Under the pieces are notes generated by a model. The model saw only the letters and a program-made list of their open reading frames with translations, was not told the DNA's origin and searched no databases. Of a stretch of DNA of 64,000 nucleotides, positions 61,135 to 64,000 are shown piece by piece (the first letter of the stretch is position 1; every line of letters begins with the position of its first letter). Source of the stretch: Sphaerodactylus townsendi (Eukaryota); contig NC_059440.1 of assembly GCF_021028975.2 (NCBI RefSeq), forward strand, positions 15,624,001 to 15,688,000. Reading direction: 5' to 3'. The translations under genes were made by a program, and so were the position numbers.

Positions 61135-62263
61135 TGTGGTGCCCAATATTTCTCCGTTTGCTTGTATTGTGTTTTTTGTACATAAAGGTCCCTGCGGCAA
61201 TTCAGCTAATGTACCCTAACCCTATCTCTGTATCAACCATAAAAGTCCATTGCTCTTCCCCTACCCATAAGACTAACAAGGGTTTCTGGGTAAGGTTGGG
61301 ATAAAATGAATGGAATCCCCGGCCCCCTAATCCTCTAACTCCAAATTCATCAGATCCATTACCTCCCTCTGAGGGTCCCTGGAACACAACAGGATATTCA
61401 CAGTATCCCAGAACACAACACGATACTCACAATACTGTCCTGGAGTCAACTCTGTGTCCCCTTGTTTTAGTTCTCAGTTGTGGCAGATAAAATAACTATG
61501 TCCTTTCACCCATACAATCCCTCATCCTTATGGCAGGTTGAATTGATTATCAGCAAATCACTGAGGGTGCACCCAAGTCAATCAGTCGCAGGGGAAAGAG
61601 AGAGAGAGAAGGAGTTCCCGGACGAGCCCCCAATTGTGGTGCCCAATATTTCTTTATCAAACATCAAGCCAACAGAAGAGAGTTTTAAGTAGCTTTATTT
61701 GCAAAGAAAGGAGAGCCATCCTTACATGGACAGACTCCATCGAAACAGTATATCCACAGCATATTTATTCACTTCTCCCAATCTTGCCACACCCTCTCCG
61801 TTCCCCCAATGGCTAAGTGTACTTGGTGTTACAGCTTTCCGATCCGCCTATTTACATGTTGCTCCTTGATATGTTTCCCCCCTTCCAAATTTTTCCTGTA
61901 TGTCCATTATCAACACCCCTTATTCAAGCTGTGGTGTAAAAGTTAATATGCATTAGCTAATTACGCATGCCTCTTTTACGTGACCTCCTGCCGTCTGCTT
62001 GCAGTTTATGTCTAAGCAGCTGTGTGAGTTTCGTTATCACTCACACGCGTATTTTTAGCCTATACACTTCCTTTGTGTATTTTGTTTTTATCTTGTGGTT
62101 GGAACTTCCCACCCCATAAGCTCTGCACAAACATCTTTATATCATCTGTTTTCATCTTGTGGTTGATGAACTCTTGAACAAATATTAGTCTGTTAAAAAC
62201 CTTTAACCCTTTTACTTCCCACTCCTCTTATTCTTGTAGAAAACACATTTCTCCTTTTTCACA
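61135..62263 (-). mobile_element. Internally deleted ERV1/gamma-like provirus: 5' LTR (62263-61635), PBS-Pro, leader, 19 bp 3' LTR remnant
   Basis: TG..CA ends; 4 bp TSD ATAA at 61131-61134 and 62264-62267; PBS TGGGGGCTCGTCCGGGA at 61632-61616; AATAAA near 61694 on the - strand. Confidence 0.85.
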
Positions 62264-62918
62264 ATAATACTAAACTTTACTTTATATTTTTTACTTAGAT
62301 GCTCTCATAGAGAATTTAGTTAAGCCCCAAATCTTCGCTTTTGGCTCAAGCTGCTAAGTTCTGTTTCCTGTCTAAAAATACAATTTAATCCTTGTAAAAA
62401 TTAAATGGGTACTTTTCATTAGTGATCTTTCTCTTGTTCTTTTGGATTTTGAGAGGAGACAAATTCCACTGTAATAGCCATCCTAGTCTGTTGCAGCAGA
62501 AGCAAGAGAAGAGCGTTGTAGCACCTTGAAGGTTATTGGATATAGTGTAGCATAAACCTTTGTGGGTTTGAGCCCACTGCCTCACATGCAGTGAAGTGAA
62601 TCCTCATTCAGCAGGATTTTTGTACACATAAGGAATATTTGCAAACAGTGGTTTAAAAGACTGCTTTGTGAAATCGCTACAAAAATGAAAAGTATACAAA
62701 TAAACACAGCGATTTTTCATAGCCACTGCAACACAGAGTTGCCAGATCCCCCCAAACTAAAATAAACTCCATGTAGAGAACTGGGGTTTATTCATGATCT
62801 GGAGGAAAGCTCGGAAAACCAAGACTGGCTTTTCCCACGCAGTTAAAAGTAATATGTTTCCACATTCCTCCTCCCCCCCCCACATGACAACAGTACTGAG
62901 AAACTATGCAGACAGTAA

Positions 62919-63059
62919 GGCCCCTTCTGCACACGCAAAATAATGCGTTTTCAAACCACTTTCACAACTGTCTGCAAGTGGATTTTGCCATTCCGCACAG
63001 CTTCAAAGAGCACTGAAAGCAGTTTCAAAGTGCAGTATTTTGCATGTGCGGAATGAGCC
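62919..63059. mobile_element. PIF/Harbinger-type MITE (141 bp)
   Basis: TSD TAA. Confidence 0.85.
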
Positions 63060-63095
63060 TAAGATAGCACTAACTGAATCCACTGTGCATGGCCT

Positions 63096-63805
63096 TGACC
63101 AGCACCTGGCAATTCAAAGCAAAGAAAGACAACCAATCCCCCGCCCATGGAAGGCATCAAACAGCCCCAGAAGTGTAGTCGTGCACGCGGAGTCACCGTA
63201 AGAACAAGACGAGACGCGGAGATATCATCTGGTGGAGAGAGCCAGCAGCGGGAGCGCGGGGGTCCGTGATCCTGGCAACTCTGCCGCGTGCTAGTTCCTG
63301 GCACCTTTTATTAGGGATTCTCTGGGGGCGGGCAAAGGAGTGGATCGGCGGGAGGCCGGGAGACCGGGAGACCGGGAGATCATCAGGTGATGCATGATCT
63401 CATCGGGCTGGTACGTGCGGGAAGAAGCGTCCGTGTCTGGGCCTAATCCACACCTGGGGGCAAGGGCCCCATTATCCCTTTGTCACCAGGACACCTGGTG
63501 GCGAGTTCATGACCTGTGACTCACCCGAGTGGGTGGGGATGGGGAGGGCAGGTGCGCTTGAAGGCGTGGATTGGGCTTTCAGCATGCCAAGCTCTGCCTC
63601 ACGGTGCTGCTGGGTCCAGTGACCTCATCCCTACATCTCCTCCTTTTCTACGCTTTTTAGGAAGGAAGCCGAATTGGTTAGGGATAACTCAGGGGACGCT
63701 TCGCCATCCCACAGCACTCTGCCCGAGCTGATGCGGGCTAAGCTTGTGTAACATGAGAACTTGGTTCGCGGCACGTAAGGGGAAGTCAAAGAGGTTTCTT
63801 ACACA
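63096..63805 (-). mobile_element. Solo LTR, 710 bp (ERV2-like by TSD length)
   Basis: TG..CA ends; 6 bp TSD TGGCCT at 63090-63095 and 63806-63811; CpG-rich; GC box and AATAAAAG TATA-like motif on the - strand near 63305-63331. Confidence 0.7.
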
Positions 63806-64000
63806 TGGCCTGGCAATATTAGAAATACATTGAACAAGGCAGGATCCGGCGATAAGGCACACAATCAAACCAATGCAGGACTGTACAATGAGTACTTATA
63901 CCATCCCCTGGCAGCAAACTCCAAAGGGCTGATGACCACTCAGTGAGAGCAATACATCATATTTCAGATTAAGATACAACGTCTTGCAACTCATGCGTAA

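Overview
Vertebrate nuclear DNA, most likely a squamate reptile and probably a gecko, judging from the repeat families (inference). It contains the syntenic block SH2B2 (last 4 coding exons, +), PRKRIP1 (complete, 6 exons, 188 aa, +), ORAI2 (complete CDS, 256 aa, +) and ALKBH4 (complete, 3 exons, 342 aa, -), with CpG-island promoters at about 23.5, 35.4 and 57.4 kb. The rest is dense in transposons: tRNA- and 5S-derived SINEs, PIF/Harbinger, hAT and Tc2-type MITEs with intact TSDs, LINE fragments, Penelope-like inverted repeats and two LTR elements. I found no new protein-coding system. The most notable observations are: (1) a Penelope-derived hairpin carrying two opposed minimal hammerhead ribozymes about 280 nt after the SH2B2 stop; (2) a 2.18 kb CpG-rich non-autonomous hAT element built from nested palindromes; (3) a collapsed ERV made of a 5' LTR, tRNA-Pro PBS, leader and only 19 bp of 3' LTR, with an intact TSD; (4) a GC-AG intron inside the SH2B2 SH2 domain; (5) splice signals for a candidate divergent transcript upstream of PRKRIP1, including an AG|GT recursive-type site; (6) no recognisable LRWD1 next to ALKBH4. 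All calls were made by eye with no database searches. Repeat boundaries without a TSD are approximate.
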